Shown: piece after piece, positions 24,956 to 34,254 of the stretch
Numbering within the stretch: the stretch's first letter is position 1
How the letters are laid out: every line of letters begins with the position of its first letter
Assembly: GCA_964625535.1 (NCBI GenBank)
Contig: CAZVEX010000001.1
Span: 295 to 64,294, forward strand
DNA from: an uncultured Gammaproteobacteria bacterium
Lineage (GTDB): Bacteria; Patescibacteriota; Microgenomatia; Daviesbacterales; UBA10151
DNA: 64,000 nucleotides
Reading direction: 5' to 3'
The notes under the pieces: generated by a model
Seen by the model: only the letters and a program-made list of their open reading frames with translations
What the model was told of the DNA's origin: nothing
Database searches by the model: none
Program-made: the position numbers and the translations under genes

Positions 24956-25957
24956 ATGAAACTATTAATTACTGGCGGGGCCGGTTTTATCGGCTCCAAT
25001 TTTATACATTATTGGTTGAAAAATCATCCGGATGATCAAATAGTTAATCTGGACGCTCTCACCTATGCCGGACATCTGGAGAGCCTAAAAGACATAGAAA
25101 GAAACCCAAATTATAAGTTTGTTAAAGGAGATATTTCAGACGAGAATGCAGTGAAACAAGTTATGAATGAGGTAGATACTGCGGTGCATTTTGCAGCGGA
25201 ATCTCATGTTGATCGTTCAATTATCAACCCTTTGCAATTTGTCAGGACTAATGTTTTAGGAACGGCTGTTTTATTAAACGCCGCCCTAGATGCTAAAGTT
25301 AAAAGATTTCATCACGTTTCATCGGATGAGGTATATGGTCAGCTTGGGCCAAATGATCCGTCATTTAAGGAAGATACACCTTACAGACCGCGCACCCCCT
25401 ATGCTGCTTCCAAAGCAGGATCAGATCATCTGGTCAGAGCTTATAATCAAACATATGGATTGCCTGTAACCATTACCAATTGTGCCAATAATTTTGGTCC
25501 CTATCAGGATCCGGAAAAGCTGATCCCAAGATTTATCACTAATTTACTGGAAGGTAAAAAAGTGCCTTTAATGGGTAAAGGAGAAAATATCCGGGAATGG
25601 CTTTATGTTGAAGATCATGCAAAAGCCATTGATCTGGTTTTGCAAAAAGGGCAAATAGGAGAAACCTATTTGGTGCAGGGAGAAGAAAAAACAAATTTGG
25701 AGGTGACCAGGAAATTGCTACAGATTTTGGGAATGGATGAATCTATGATAGATTATGTTCCGCACCGCCTTGGGCATGATTTCCGCTACGCCACCGACGG
25801 TGCAAAAGTGACGGCGCTGGGATGGAAAAGGCAGCACAATTTTGATGAGGGTTTGGTAGAAACGGTTCGTTTCTACAAAGAGAACAAATGGTGGTGGGGA
25901 AGCTTAAAACAAGACAGGCCAAATGTGGACAGGGGAGCTCAAAAATCTTATGGATAA
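24956..25957 (+). CDS. rfbB: dTDP-glucose 4,6-dehydratase
   Basis: MKLLITGGAGFIGSNF, the YAASKAGSDH catalytic YxxxK and the ...HVSSDEVYG motif are present. Confidence 0.9.
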   Translation: MKLLITGGAGFIGSNFIHYWLKNHPDDQIVNLDALTYAGHLESLKDIERNPNYKFVKGDISDENAVKQVMNEVDTAVHFAAESHVDRSIINPLQFVRTNVLGTAVLLNAALDAKVKRFHHVSSDEVYGQLGPNDPSFKEDTPYRPRTPYAASKAGSDHLVRAYNQTYGLPVTITNCANNFGPYQDPEKLIPRFITNLLEGKKVPLMGKGENIREWLYVEDHAKAIDLVLQKGQIGETYLVQGEEKTNLEVTRKLLQILGMDESMIDYVPHRLGHDFRYATDGAKVTALGWKRQHNFDEGLVETVRFYKENKWWWGSLKQDRPNVDRGAQKSYG

Positions 25958-26498
25958 AAAAAATATTACAAAAACGTCAATTCCTGGGCTGTTAATTTTG
26001 GAAAGACCGATTTTTGAAGACGAGAGAGGTTTTTTTCGGGAAATTTTTCATATGGATCAGCTGGAAAAAGCACTTGGATTTGAGTTTAAGCCGATTCAGA
26101 TGAATCATTCAAGATCTATGCCGCGGGTTCTTCGCGGTTTGCACGCCGAGCAGTGGAACAAATTGATTTACCCGGTCACCGGGACGGTATTTTTGGCTAT
26201 TGTCGATTTAAGGCCGTCCTCGCCAACTTTTGCCAAAGTGGAAACTTTTACCATAGATGAGAGGCATAGATACGGTTTGTTTATACCCAATGGTTTTGCC
26301 AATTCTGTCTGCGTGGTGGGAGAGGATCCGGTTGATTATATTTATTTGACAGACGCTTACTGGGATGGATCAGATCAAAGGGCCATTGCCTGGGATGATC
26401 CGGATTTGGCAGTAGAGTGGCCAATAAAAGATCCGATTATCTCCCCAAGGGATAGAAATAATCCCAAACTTCGGGATCTGTTTCCGGAGAAATTTTAA
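25950..26498 (+). CDS. rfbC: dTDP-4-dehydrorhamnose 3,5-epimerase
   Basis: IFEDERGFFREIF and ...RGLHAEQWNKLIYPVTGTVFLAIVDLR form the cupin RmlC signature. Start is taken at MDKKNITKT, overlapping the rfbB end. Confidence 0.85.
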   Translation: MDKKNITKTSIPGLLILERPIFEDERGFFREIFHMDQLEKALGFEFKPIQMNHSRSMPRVLRGLHAEQWNKLIYPVTGTVFLAIVDLRPSSPTFAKVETFTIDERHRYGLFIPNGFANSVCVVGEDPVDYIYLTDAYWDGSDQRAIAWDDPDLAVEWPIKDPIISPRDRNNPKLRDLFPEKF

Positions 26499-26530
26499 AC
26501 AGATGGTTGACGAGATAGCCTCCCATTAGA

Positions 26531-26536
26531 TATAGT
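26531..26536 (+). promoter_or_regulatory. -10-like TATAGT located 10 nt upstream of the gmd ATG (possible internal, leaderless-type promoter)
   Basis: Read from the sequence. No SD is present. Confidence 0.3.
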
Positions 26537-26546
26537 AGAGCAAGCT

Positions 26547-27557
26547 ATGACAAAAAGAGCTTTTATTACAGGAATTTCCGGACAAGACGGATCATATTTG
26601 ACCGAAATTTTACTTGATAAAGGGTATGCGGTGGGTGGTTTAATTCGAAGAAACGCCACGGCAGAAATGGGCAATATTGATGATTTCAAAGAAGAAATTA
26701 AAATTTACTATGGCGATTTACAATCCCCCGAATCAATAGCTTTGGCTCTTTTGGATTTTAAGCCGGATGAAATCTATAATCTGGCTTCTTTTTCCTCTCC
26801 TTTGGGATCTTTTGCCGACAAGCTTGGTTCAATTATGATTACGGGAGTGGGAGCCTTTCATGTTTTTGAGAGAGCTAAAGATGTGGTTCCCGAAGCCAAA
26901 ATTTATCAGGCATCCACTTCGGAAATGTTTGGCGCGCCCCGGGAAGTGCCGCAGGACGAGACTACCCCGCTTAATCCCAAAAACCCCTATGCCGTGGCCA
27001 AAGAATATGCCCACAGAATGGCGATCATTGCCAGGGAAGACAGCAAAAATCCCCAGTTTATCTCTTGCGGCATCCTTTTTAACCACGAAAGTCCCCGCCG
27101 GGGCTTGAATTTTGTCACCAGAAAAATTACTGCCGCAGTTGCCTGTATTAAAAATGACAGAAAGGAGGATGTTCCTTTAAACGAGATAGGGGAGCCGATT
27201 GTCCAAAATGGTAAACTTAAACTGGGGGATTTGGGGGCAAAAAGGGACTGGGGCTATGCCCCGGATTATGTTGAGGCCATGTGGTTAATGTTGCAGCAGG
27301 AAAGAGCTGATGATTTTGTGATAGCTACAGGAGAAACCCACACCGTAGGGGAGTTTGCAGAGGAAGCGTTTAAAGTGGTTGGTCTAAACTGGAAAGATTA
27401 TGTGGTGACAGATCCTCATTTTGTTCCGCCGGTTCAAACAGGTCCCTTGCAGGGAAATCCGGCCAAAGCCAAAAAAGTCTTGGGTTGGGAGCCGAAAACA
27501 GCCTTCAAGGATCTGGTTAAAATTATGATTCATGCCGATCTTGCCAAGTTCTCTTAA
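26547..27557 (+). CDS. gmd: GDP-mannose 4,6-dehydratase
   Basis: ITGISGQDGSYL, catalytic YAVAKEYAH and the diagnostic GILFNHESPRRG motif are present. Confidence 0.9.
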   Translation: MTKRAFITGISGQDGSYLTEILLDKGYAVGGLIRRNATAEMGNIDDFKEEIKIYYGDLQSPESIALALLDFKPDEIYNLASFSSPLGSFADKLGSIMITGVGAFHVFERAKDVVPEAKIYQASTSEMFGAPREVPQDETTPLNPKNPYAVAKEYAHRMAIIAREDSKNPQFISCGILFNHESPRRGLNFVTRKITAAVACIKNDRKEDVPLNEIGEPIVQNGKLKLGDLGAKRDWGYAPDYVEAMWLMLQQERADDFVIATGETHTVGEFAEEAFKVVGLNWKDYVVTDPHFVPPVQTGPLQGNPAKAKKVLGWEPKTAFKDLVKIMIHADLAKFS

Positions 27558-28744
27558 TGAAAAAAACAGTTTCGGTTGTCCTCCCCACATATAATGAAAA
27601 AGCCAATATTGAAAAAACCGTTGACAAGGTTTTAGAGCAAGAAAAAAACTTACCCGGATGGGAAATTCACATTGTTATTGCAGATGACGTCAGGTCTTCG
27701 GATGGGACGGAAAAGATAGCCAGGGCAATTTGCCAAAAGAATAAAAGAGTGCATTTTATTAAAGCAAACCCGGGCTTGGGAGTGGGTCTTATTGAGGGTC
27801 ATCGGTATGCAATGGGAAAAATCCGTCCGGATATTTTGGCCCAGCTTGATGCGGACGGTCAGGTGGTAACAAATGTACTGGTCGATCTTGTTCAAACCGT
27901 AGAGCAGGGTTTTGATCTGGCTATCGGATCAAGATTTGTCAGGGGAGGGAAGAATCAACTTTCAATAGGGAGGAGAATTTTTACTTATGGAGCCTCACTT
28001 TTTTGTCGGGTGCTGATGGGGCCTTGGGACGTCAGGGAATTTACCAATTCCGCCAGAGCTTTTACACCCTCTCTTTTCCAAAAATTAAATTTTGACAGAC
28101 TCCCCTGGCGTGAAACCTCTTTTATTATCCAGCCGGCATTTTTGCATGAGGCAATTTTAGCGGGAGCAAAATACAAAGAAGTGCCCCTGATTTTTCGGAA
28201 CCGCCTAGAAGGTTATTCCAAAAATAAAGTTTTTAACTATACGTATGATGTTATTACCTATTGTATAGATGCCAGATTACACAAATGGGGTTTTGATATG
28301 CCCTTCTTTTATTTAACCAGAAGGGCTAAAACAATTGTCAAATTTGGTTTGGTGGGGTTTGTGGGAACATTGGTAGACTTCCTTTTTTACAAGTTATTTA
28401 TCAACCTGGGGGGTTTTCCTCCTGCCACTTCCAAAGGAATTTCCACAGAAGTTGCCATTATTAATAATTTCATTTTAAATAATTACTGGACTTTTCGCTA
28501 CAGAAAAACCAAAACTAATTTCTGGACCAAACTGGGGATTTTTAATCTGGTCAGTTTAGGGGGACTGGTGATTGGGGTTTTAATAGTTAAAGTTTTGCAT
28601 TTATACTATGGAGACGGGTTTGTAGATTTGGGGTGGAGAAGGATTGCTTACAATAACTTTTACTTTTTTGCCACCATCCCTTTTGTAATGACCTGGAATT
28701 TCTTCATGAACCACTTTATCACCTGGAAACATCAGGAAGACTAG
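27557..28744 (+). CDS. fusion of a GT2 polyprenol-phosphate sugar synthase (DPM1/ArnC/GtrB-like) to a C-terminal GtrA-like 4-TM domain
   Basis: VVLPTYNEKANI...IADDVRSSDGT...DADGQ is the GT2 DxD signature. The C-terminal ~130 aa have four helices and NNYWTFR, the GtrA-family motif. Confidence 0.75.
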   Translation: MKKTVSVVLPTYNEKANIEKTVDKVLEQEKNLPGWEIHIVIADDVRSSDGTEKIARAICQKNKRVHFIKANPGLGVGLIEGHRYAMGKIRPDILAQLDADGQVVTNVLVDLVQTVEQGFDLAIGSRFVRGGKNQLSIGRRIFTYGASLFCRVLMGPWDVREFTNSARAFTPSLFQKLNFDRLPWRETSFIIQPAFLHEAILAGAKYKEVPLIFRNRLEGYSKNKVFNYTYDVITYCIDARLHKWGFDMPFFYLTRRAKTIVKFGLVGFVGTLVDFLFYKLFINLGGFPPATSKGISTEVAIINNFILNNYWTFRYRKTKTNFWTKLGIFNLVSLGGLVIGVLIVKVLHLYYGDGFVDLGWRRIAYNNFYFFATIPFVMTWNFFMNHFITWKHQED

Positions 28745-29868
28745 TTAAAATCTGCCAAATTTGGCACAGGCGCTACATTATTGACAATGAAGTTTTGGGA
28801 ATATAAATAAATGGCTATTGCCAAAATTATCAGCAATATTTTAAATTCTTTAGATACCAGAACTTTTTCAAAGGCTATTAAAATAAAAGGGGTTATGGGG
28901 AGTAGGTATCTGCTGATGTCTCGATGGACAACCAGTGTGGATGCTGCAAGATAGGTTAAAACAAAAAAAGCCAAGGGGTATAATTTTTGTTTTATCAAAA
29001 ACATTCCGCCTAAAAACCCAAGAATAAAAATATAAATTATGTCCTCCAGCCAAATATCCCCTACCCAAAACTGGGCTTTATTAAAAACACTTAAAGGCGG
29101 AAAAGTTAAATGGATATTATCGCCGGAGTGAAAATAAGCATAAAAATCATTGTAAGTAACGCCGAACCAATAAAAAACTGCTACAAGAGTTAAGGGAATA
29201 AACACGATGGGATAGAAAGAGAGGATATATTTAAGGGACTTTTTTTGATAACCTATCCACAAGACATAGAGAGCTAAAGCTATCCCCAAAAGAATTCCAG
29301 GTGGTCTGACTAATTGGGCTAGCGCCGCAAAGAGAGCTACCGCCCAAATTTTGTTTTTTAGAAAAAAATAAATTGATAAAATAACAAAGAAGATGAAAAC
29401 AGGTTCAGGGGAACCAATAGACCTTACAATGACCCATCTGGCGGGAAGGATTAAAAATATTAAGGACAGTAAAAAAGGATTACTGGAAAGTTTAAAATCT
29501 TTAACTAAAAAGTAAAAAGCCCAAGCGCTTAAAATAGTAAAAAGCAAAGATACAAAAAGCATTGATTTTAGGAAACCCAAAAAGGGAGCAAAAAGGGAGA
29601 TAAACAAGGGATATCCCGGGAAATGAGAGGCAAAATATCCCGCAGGTTGAGTTATATGCAAGCCGGCGATCGCCTCGGGATTATAAAAGGTTTTGGCAAT
29701 AACTATATATTCCAAGCCGTCAAAGTTTCTGTAGATTATATTGAATCCATTGGAAAAATTTAGTCCCCAAAAATTTGGAAGAGAGAGAAGATGGGGAAGC
29801 CAAATCAGAAAGGTTGAGGCTAAAGTCAAAATTGCAATCAAGAAGAGATTTTTCGTTGTTTTGTTCAT
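28741..29868 (-). CDS. polytopic membrane protein, GT-C-like (PIG-V/DUF2029-like mannosyltransferase family?)
   Basis: 375 aa with ~11 TM helices. It shares an N-terminal NFDGxEY motif (NFDGLEYIVIAKTFY) with ORF 59320 (NFDGEHYLSIAIFGY). It is the only minus-strand gene in the island and lies 22 bp from the divergent next gene. Confidence 0.5.
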   Translation of the reverse strand: MNKTTKNLFLIAILTLASTFLIWLPHLLSLPNFWGLNFSNGFNIIYRNFDGLEYIVIAKTFYNPEAIAGLHITQPAGYFASHFPGYPLFISLFAPFLGFLKSMLFVSLLFTILSAWAFYFLVKDFKLSSNPFLLSLIFLILPARWVIVRSIGSPEPVFIFFVILSIYFFLKNKIWAVALFAALAQLVRPPGILLGIALALYVLWIGYQKKSLKYILSFYPIVFIPLTLVAVFYWFGVTYNDFYAYFHSGDNIHLTFPPLSVFNKAQFWVGDIWLEDIIYIFILGFLGGMFLIKQKLYPLAFFVLTYLAASTLVVHRDISRYLLPITPFILIAFEKVLVSKEFKILLIILAIAIYLYSQNFIVNNVAPVPNLADFN

Positions 29869-29890
29869 AATTTGATGTTAGCATATTACC

Positions 29891-32029
29891 ATGTCTATTA
29901 AAAATCTTTCTGTTTTTTTTCCGGCATTTAATGAGGAGGGAAGTATTGAAAATACCGTTATCAAGGCATCTGAAGTTTTACAGGATCTTCGCTTAAATTA
30001 TGAGATTATCATAGTTGATGACGGATCTACAGACAAAACTGCCCAAATTGCTGACAGTTTAGCCAAATCAAATCCTAAAATCAGGGTCATCCATCATTCC
30101 AAAAATTTAGGTTACGGGGAAGCATTAAGGTCTGGTTTTTACAATGCCAAATATGACACCATAGTCTATACCGACGGAGACGGGCAGTTTGATTTCTCGG
30201 AAATAAATAAGTTTTTGGAAAAAATTGAGGATCATGATTTGGTAATAGGCTATCGCATCAAAAGGCAGGACCCCTTTTTTAGAATTTTATTTAAAAAGGG
30301 CTGGAAACTTTCTCTTCTAACCTTTTTTGGATTGACTCTAAAAGATGTGGACTGTGGTTTTAAAATGATCCGCAAATCCGTTTTGGAAAATATCCCCCAT
30401 TTGGAATCCACCAGGGGAGCGATGATTAATGCGGAACTGGCTATTAAGACCAAAAAATACGGATTTACGCTGACCCAGGTGGGCGTAAATCATTACCCAA
30501 GACTTTCCGGTAAGCCAACCGGAGCAAGTATCCGGGTAATCGTTAAATCTTTTTTGGATCTTCTAAGGCTGTGGTGGAAACTTAAAGATCAAAAAATTTA
30601 CTTTATTTCACTGTTGGGAATACTGGTTCTGGCAACATTTTTGAGGCTTTATAAAATTGAGGAATACATGATTTTTTTGGGAGATCAGGGAAGAGATGCC
30701 ATCATTGTTAAAAACATGATTGACGATCTTCATTTTCCTGCCATTGGTCCTCCCACCTCCGTGGGCAATATTTATCTTGGTCCGCTTTATTATTATATGA
30801 TGCTGCCCCCGATGGTTTTGACCAATTTTAATCCGGTTTCGGCGGCGGCGGCGGCGGCTTTGGTTGGGGTGGCCACGGTCTTTCTGGTTTATTATTTGGG
30901 CAAAGTTTGGTTTGGCAGGGGATCCGGTTTGCTGGCTGCATATCTTTATGCAATCAGCCCGGTTACTGTCAATTATTCAAGATTTTCCTGGAACCCCAAT
31001 CCGGCGCCTTTTTTTGCTCTTCTTGCCATTTTGGGCATGATGAAACTGCAAAAAAGCGGTAATTTCCTGTGGCTTATTTTAACAGGTCTAGCTTTGGCTG
31101 CCGCCTTGCAGATGCACTATCTTGCTTTGATTCTGGCAGCAGTTATTGCAACGCTTTGGCTTTATCAGGCCCTGGCGAAAAACAAAAAGAAAAATTTTCT
31201 AAAAGGGACATTGCTTGGTCTGGCAGCTTTTTTGCTGGTTATGTCTCCTCTTTTTTGGTTTGATCTTCGGCACAACTTTTTAAATTATCAGGCCGCTGTC
31301 GCGCTTTTCGGCAAAGGCGAGGCAGTAAGTATAAATCTATTTTCTAACCTTGGCAGGATTCCGGAAATTTATAACAATGCTTTGATTGGAAGATATATGG
31401 CAGGGGAGAATGCATTTTTGGCGGCTTTTTTGTCTTTGACTGTTCTAGCGCTTTTAGTTTATTGGTTTATTAAAAGAAAGATTATTTTGGCAGTTTGGAT
31501 AATAGTTGGTTTATTTGGACTCTCTTTTTATCAAAATGATATTTATGATCACTATCTGGGGTTTTTAAACCCGGCTCCTTTTATCCTCTTGGGATCTTTG
31601 ATCGCTTTAAACAAAAAACGGATAACAGTGGGGCTACTGCTTTTAGTGGCTGTTTTGACAGTTTTGAATTTGCAAAAAAATCCTCTTTTATCCCCTCCCC
31701 AAAACCAACTTCAAAGGACCCAAAATCTGGCCAAATTTATTATCGGGGAATCAAATGACAAACCGTTTAACTTTGCCCTTCTTGCCAAAAATAACTATGA
31801 TTCGGCCTATCAGTTTTATTTGGAAGTTTATGGATATGAGTCCAAAAAATTACCTTTTGAGAAAACTATGCAGCTTTTTGTAGTTTGCGAAGATGAAGTG
31901 TGCGATCCAATTTACAGTCCCAAGCACGAGATTGCGGCTTTTGGCTGGACAAAAATTGAAGAGGAGTGGCAAGTAGAAGGATTAAGAGTTTTTAAACTGG
32001 CGCATAATCCGGAGGAAAACCGTCAATGA
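29891..32029 (+). CDS. bifunctional fusion: an N-terminal GT2 polyprenol-phosphate sugar synthase (DPM1-like) and a C-terminal GT-C membrane glycosyltransferase of the 13276/14750 family
   Basis: The N-terminus VFFPAFNEEGSI...IIVDDGSTDKT...YTDGDGQ is GT2. From ~aa 235 the motifs FLGDQGRDAI...GPPTSVGNIYLGPLYYYMM match those of the 13276 and 14750 proteins. Length is 712 aa. Confidence 0.75.
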   Translation: MSIKNLSVFFPAFNEEGSIENTVIKASEVLQDLRLNYEIIIVDDGSTDKTAQIADSLAKSNPKIRVIHHSKNLGYGEALRSGFYNAKYDTIVYTDGDGQFDFSEINKFLEKIEDHDLVIGYRIKRQDPFFRILFKKGWKLSLLTFFGLTLKDVDCGFKMIRKSVLENIPHLESTRGAMINAELAIKTKKYGFTLTQVGVNHYPRLSGKPTGASIRVIVKSFLDLLRLWWKLKDQKIYFISLLGILVLATFLRLYKIEEYMIFLGDQGRDAIIVKNMIDDLHFPAIGPPTSVGNIYLGPLYYYMMLPPMVLTNFNPVSAAAAAALVGVATVFLVYYLGKVWFGRGSGLLAAYLYAISPVTVNYSRFSWNPNPAPFFALLAILGMMKLQKSGNFLWLILTGLALAAALQMHYLALILAAVIATLWLYQALAKNKKKNFLKGTLLGLAAFLLVMSPLFWFDLRHNFLNYQAAVALFGKGEAVSINLFSNLGRIPEIYNNALIGRYMAGENAFLAAFLSLTVLALLVYWFIKRKIILAVWIIVGLFGLSFYQNDIYDHYLGFLNPAPFILLGSLIALNKKRITVGLLLLVAVLTVLNLQKNPLLSPPQNQLQRTQNLAKFIIGESNDKPFNFALLAKNNYDSAYQFYLEVYGYESKKLPFEKTMQLFVVCEDEVCDPIYSPKHEIAAFGWTKIEEEWQVEGLRVFKLAHNPEENRQ

Positions 32030-32784
32030 AATTATCAGTTGTCATACCGGCCTACAACGAAGAAAGAAACTTGCAAAAAGGAGTTTTAGATGAAGTGGAA
32101 AAATATCTGGAACAGAAAAAATTGGATTATGAAGTGGTGATTGTTGACGACGGGTCCCAGGATCAGACTAAAGAGATTGTTAGAAAAGTAATTTTAAAAA
32201 ATGAGCAAGCTCATTCTAATCGAAGTAAAAAATTTAGATTGATTGAAAATAAACATGGCGGAAAAGCCATGGCAGTGATGACCGGGATGCTGCAAAGTAG
32301 GGGAGAGATTGTGTTATTTACAGATATGGATCAGGCCACTCCAATAAATCAACTGGAAAAATTTGTTCCCAAATTTGAGCAAGGTTATGATATTGTCATT
32401 GCTTCAAGACATGGGAGGAGAGGGGCGCCAATAGTTAGAAAATTAGCAGCTTGGGCTTTTGGACTTTTGAGAGGAGCGATCTTAGGTCTTCCTTTTGCCG
32501 ATACCCAATGCGGCTTTAAAGCATTTAATCAAAAATCAATTGCTAAAATTATTCCCAAAATAAAAGGGGAGTGGGGAGTGGTGCATTTTAGAGGAGGGGC
32601 AGTTAATGCGGGTTTTGATGTGGAGCTTTTATATTTGGCTAAAAAATACGGATTTAGAATTGCCGAAGTAGAGGTGGAATGGAATTATGTGGATACTGAA
32701 AGGGTCCAGGTTGTCAAAGATGCCCTGGCAGCGATCTACGATATGCTCCGAATCAGATGGAATGATATCAGAGGTAAGTATTGA
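32026..32784 (+). CDS. GT2 glycosyltransferase (DPM1/ArnC-like polyprenol-phosphate glycosyltransferase)
   Basis: VVIPAYNEERNL...VIVDDGSQDQT...FTDMDQ is present. It is soluble, 252 aa. Confidence 0.75.
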   Translation: MKLSVVIPAYNEERNLQKGVLDEVEKYLEQKKLDYEVVIVDDGSQDQTKEIVRKVILKNEQAHSNRSKKFRLIENKHGGKAMAVMTGMLQSRGEIVLFTDMDQATPINQLEKFVPKFEQGYDIVIASRHGRRGAPIVRKLAAWAFGLLRGAILGLPFADTQCGFKAFNQKSIAKIIPKIKGEWGVVHFRGGAVNAGFDVELLYLAKKYGFRIAEVEVEWNYVDTERVQVVKDALAAIYDMLRIRWNDIRGKY

Positions 32785-32796
32785 TATAATGGTAAG

Positions 32797-34254
32797 GTGG
32801 ATTTTTTGCTCAAACACCGAAAAGAAATTATAGTCCTTGCTTTTTTAGCCGCCCTCTACCTTATCTTAAGGCTACCTAATTTGACTTTGCAGCCGGTTTT
32901 TGCCGATGAAGCGATCTATATCCGCTGGGCCCAGGTGATGAGATCCGAGCCAACATTGCGATTCTTGCCTTTATCCGACGGTAAGACTCCCCTATTTATG
33001 TGGAGCATGATTCCCCTATTTAAAATCTTTGAAGACCCCTTGTTTGCGGGAAGATTTTTATCTCTGACGAGCGGCTTTGCAACTTTATTGGGAGTATTTG
33101 CATTGACTTGGAAAGCTTTTAACTCAAAGGCTGCCTTTTGGGCAGCTTTACTTTATGCAATAGTTCCTTATACGGTTTTTTTTGACCGGATGGCCTTGGT
33201 TGATTCCATGCTGTCGGCTTTAACTGTCTGGGCCTTATTTTTTGCCATACTTCTTGCTAAAAAAGTTAGGCTTGATTTGGCTTTTATTTTAGGATTTATT
33301 CTGGGAGGAGCCTGGCTTACCAAAACTCCGGCTGTTTTAAATCTGCTGCTTTTACCTACCACCATACTTGCTTTCAAAAGAGTAAAAAAAGATAGGTTTA
33401 CTCTTTTGAAATTATTTTTATTTTGGGCAGTGGCAATACTAATTGCTTTGGCTGCGTACAATGCCTTAAGATTGGGTCCAAATTTCCACCTTTTATCTTC
33501 AAGAAATGCAGATTATGTTTTCTCGCCCCTTGAACTTATCGGCAGACCCCTGGACCCTTTTATACCTCATTTGCGGGATATTGCCGACTGGTTCCCCAAA
33601 CTGTTAACCTGGCCGGTGATTGGGTTTATGGTTTATGGTATATGGTTTATGGTTAAGACAAAAAATAAATTAGGGTGGGTAATCCTTCTTTGGGGGCTGA
33701 TACCTTTACTTTTGAACATGGCATTTTTGAGGACTTTTACAGCCAGATACTTACTCTCTTCCATACCCCTATTTTTAATTTTAGGAGGATATGGGATCGG
33801 AAAAATTTCAAATGGAATTCTAACGCTGATACTGGTTATTCTTGTGATGCTCATGCCACTTAAATTTGATTACGAATTGTTGACTAATCCTCCACCAGAG
33901 TCGCTACCCCGGGAGGAAAGGCAAGGTTATTTTGAACAGTGGACAGCGGGCTACGGTTTCAAGGAAATTGCCCGGTTTCTAATCGAACAAAAAGCCAAAG
34001 GCTCTGTGGTGGTGGGGACCGAAGGATTTTTCGGGACTTTGCCCGACGGGCTTTATATTTATCTTGATAAAACCGGTATTGCGGTTGTTTCCTCAACTGC
34101 CACCATATCAGCAGAGCTTAGAGAAGCAGCGCAGAACCATAAGACTTATTTTGTGGGTAACAAAAGCAATCTTGAAAATATAGGAGGAGTAGAATTAGTT
34201 AGAGAATATCCTAAGGTTGGGTCTGATGCCACTGTTTTATACCAGGTAAGATGA
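32797..34254 (+). CDS. GT-C membrane glycosyltransferase (ArnT/PMT-like, with a DE motif in the first outer loop); GTG start
   Basis: PVFADEAIYIRWAQ in loop 1 resembles the ArnT/PMT catalytic Asp-Glu. It has 12+ TM helices plus a C-terminal domain. Confidence 0.6.
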   Translation: MDFLLKHRKEIIVLAFLAALYLILRLPNLTLQPVFADEAIYIRWAQVMRSEPTLRFLPLSDGKTPLFMWSMIPLFKIFEDPLFAGRFLSLTSGFATLLGVFALTWKAFNSKAAFWAALLYAIVPYTVFFDRMALVDSMLSALTVWALFFAILLAKKVRLDLAFILGFILGGAWLTKTPAVLNLLLLPTTILAFKRVKKDRFTLLKLFLFWAVAILIALAAYNALRLGPNFHLLSSRNADYVFSPLELIGRPLDPFIPHLRDIADWFPKLLTWPVIGFMVYGIWFMVKTKNKLGWVILLWGLIPLLLNMAFLRTFTARYLLSSIPLFLILGGYGIGKISNGILTLILVILVMLMPLKFDYELLTNPPPESLPREERQGYFEQWTAGYGFKEIARFLIEQKAKGSVVVGTEGFFGTLPDGLYIYLDKTGIAVVSSTATISAELREAAQNHKTYFVGNKSNLENIGGVELVREYPKVGSDATVLYQVR

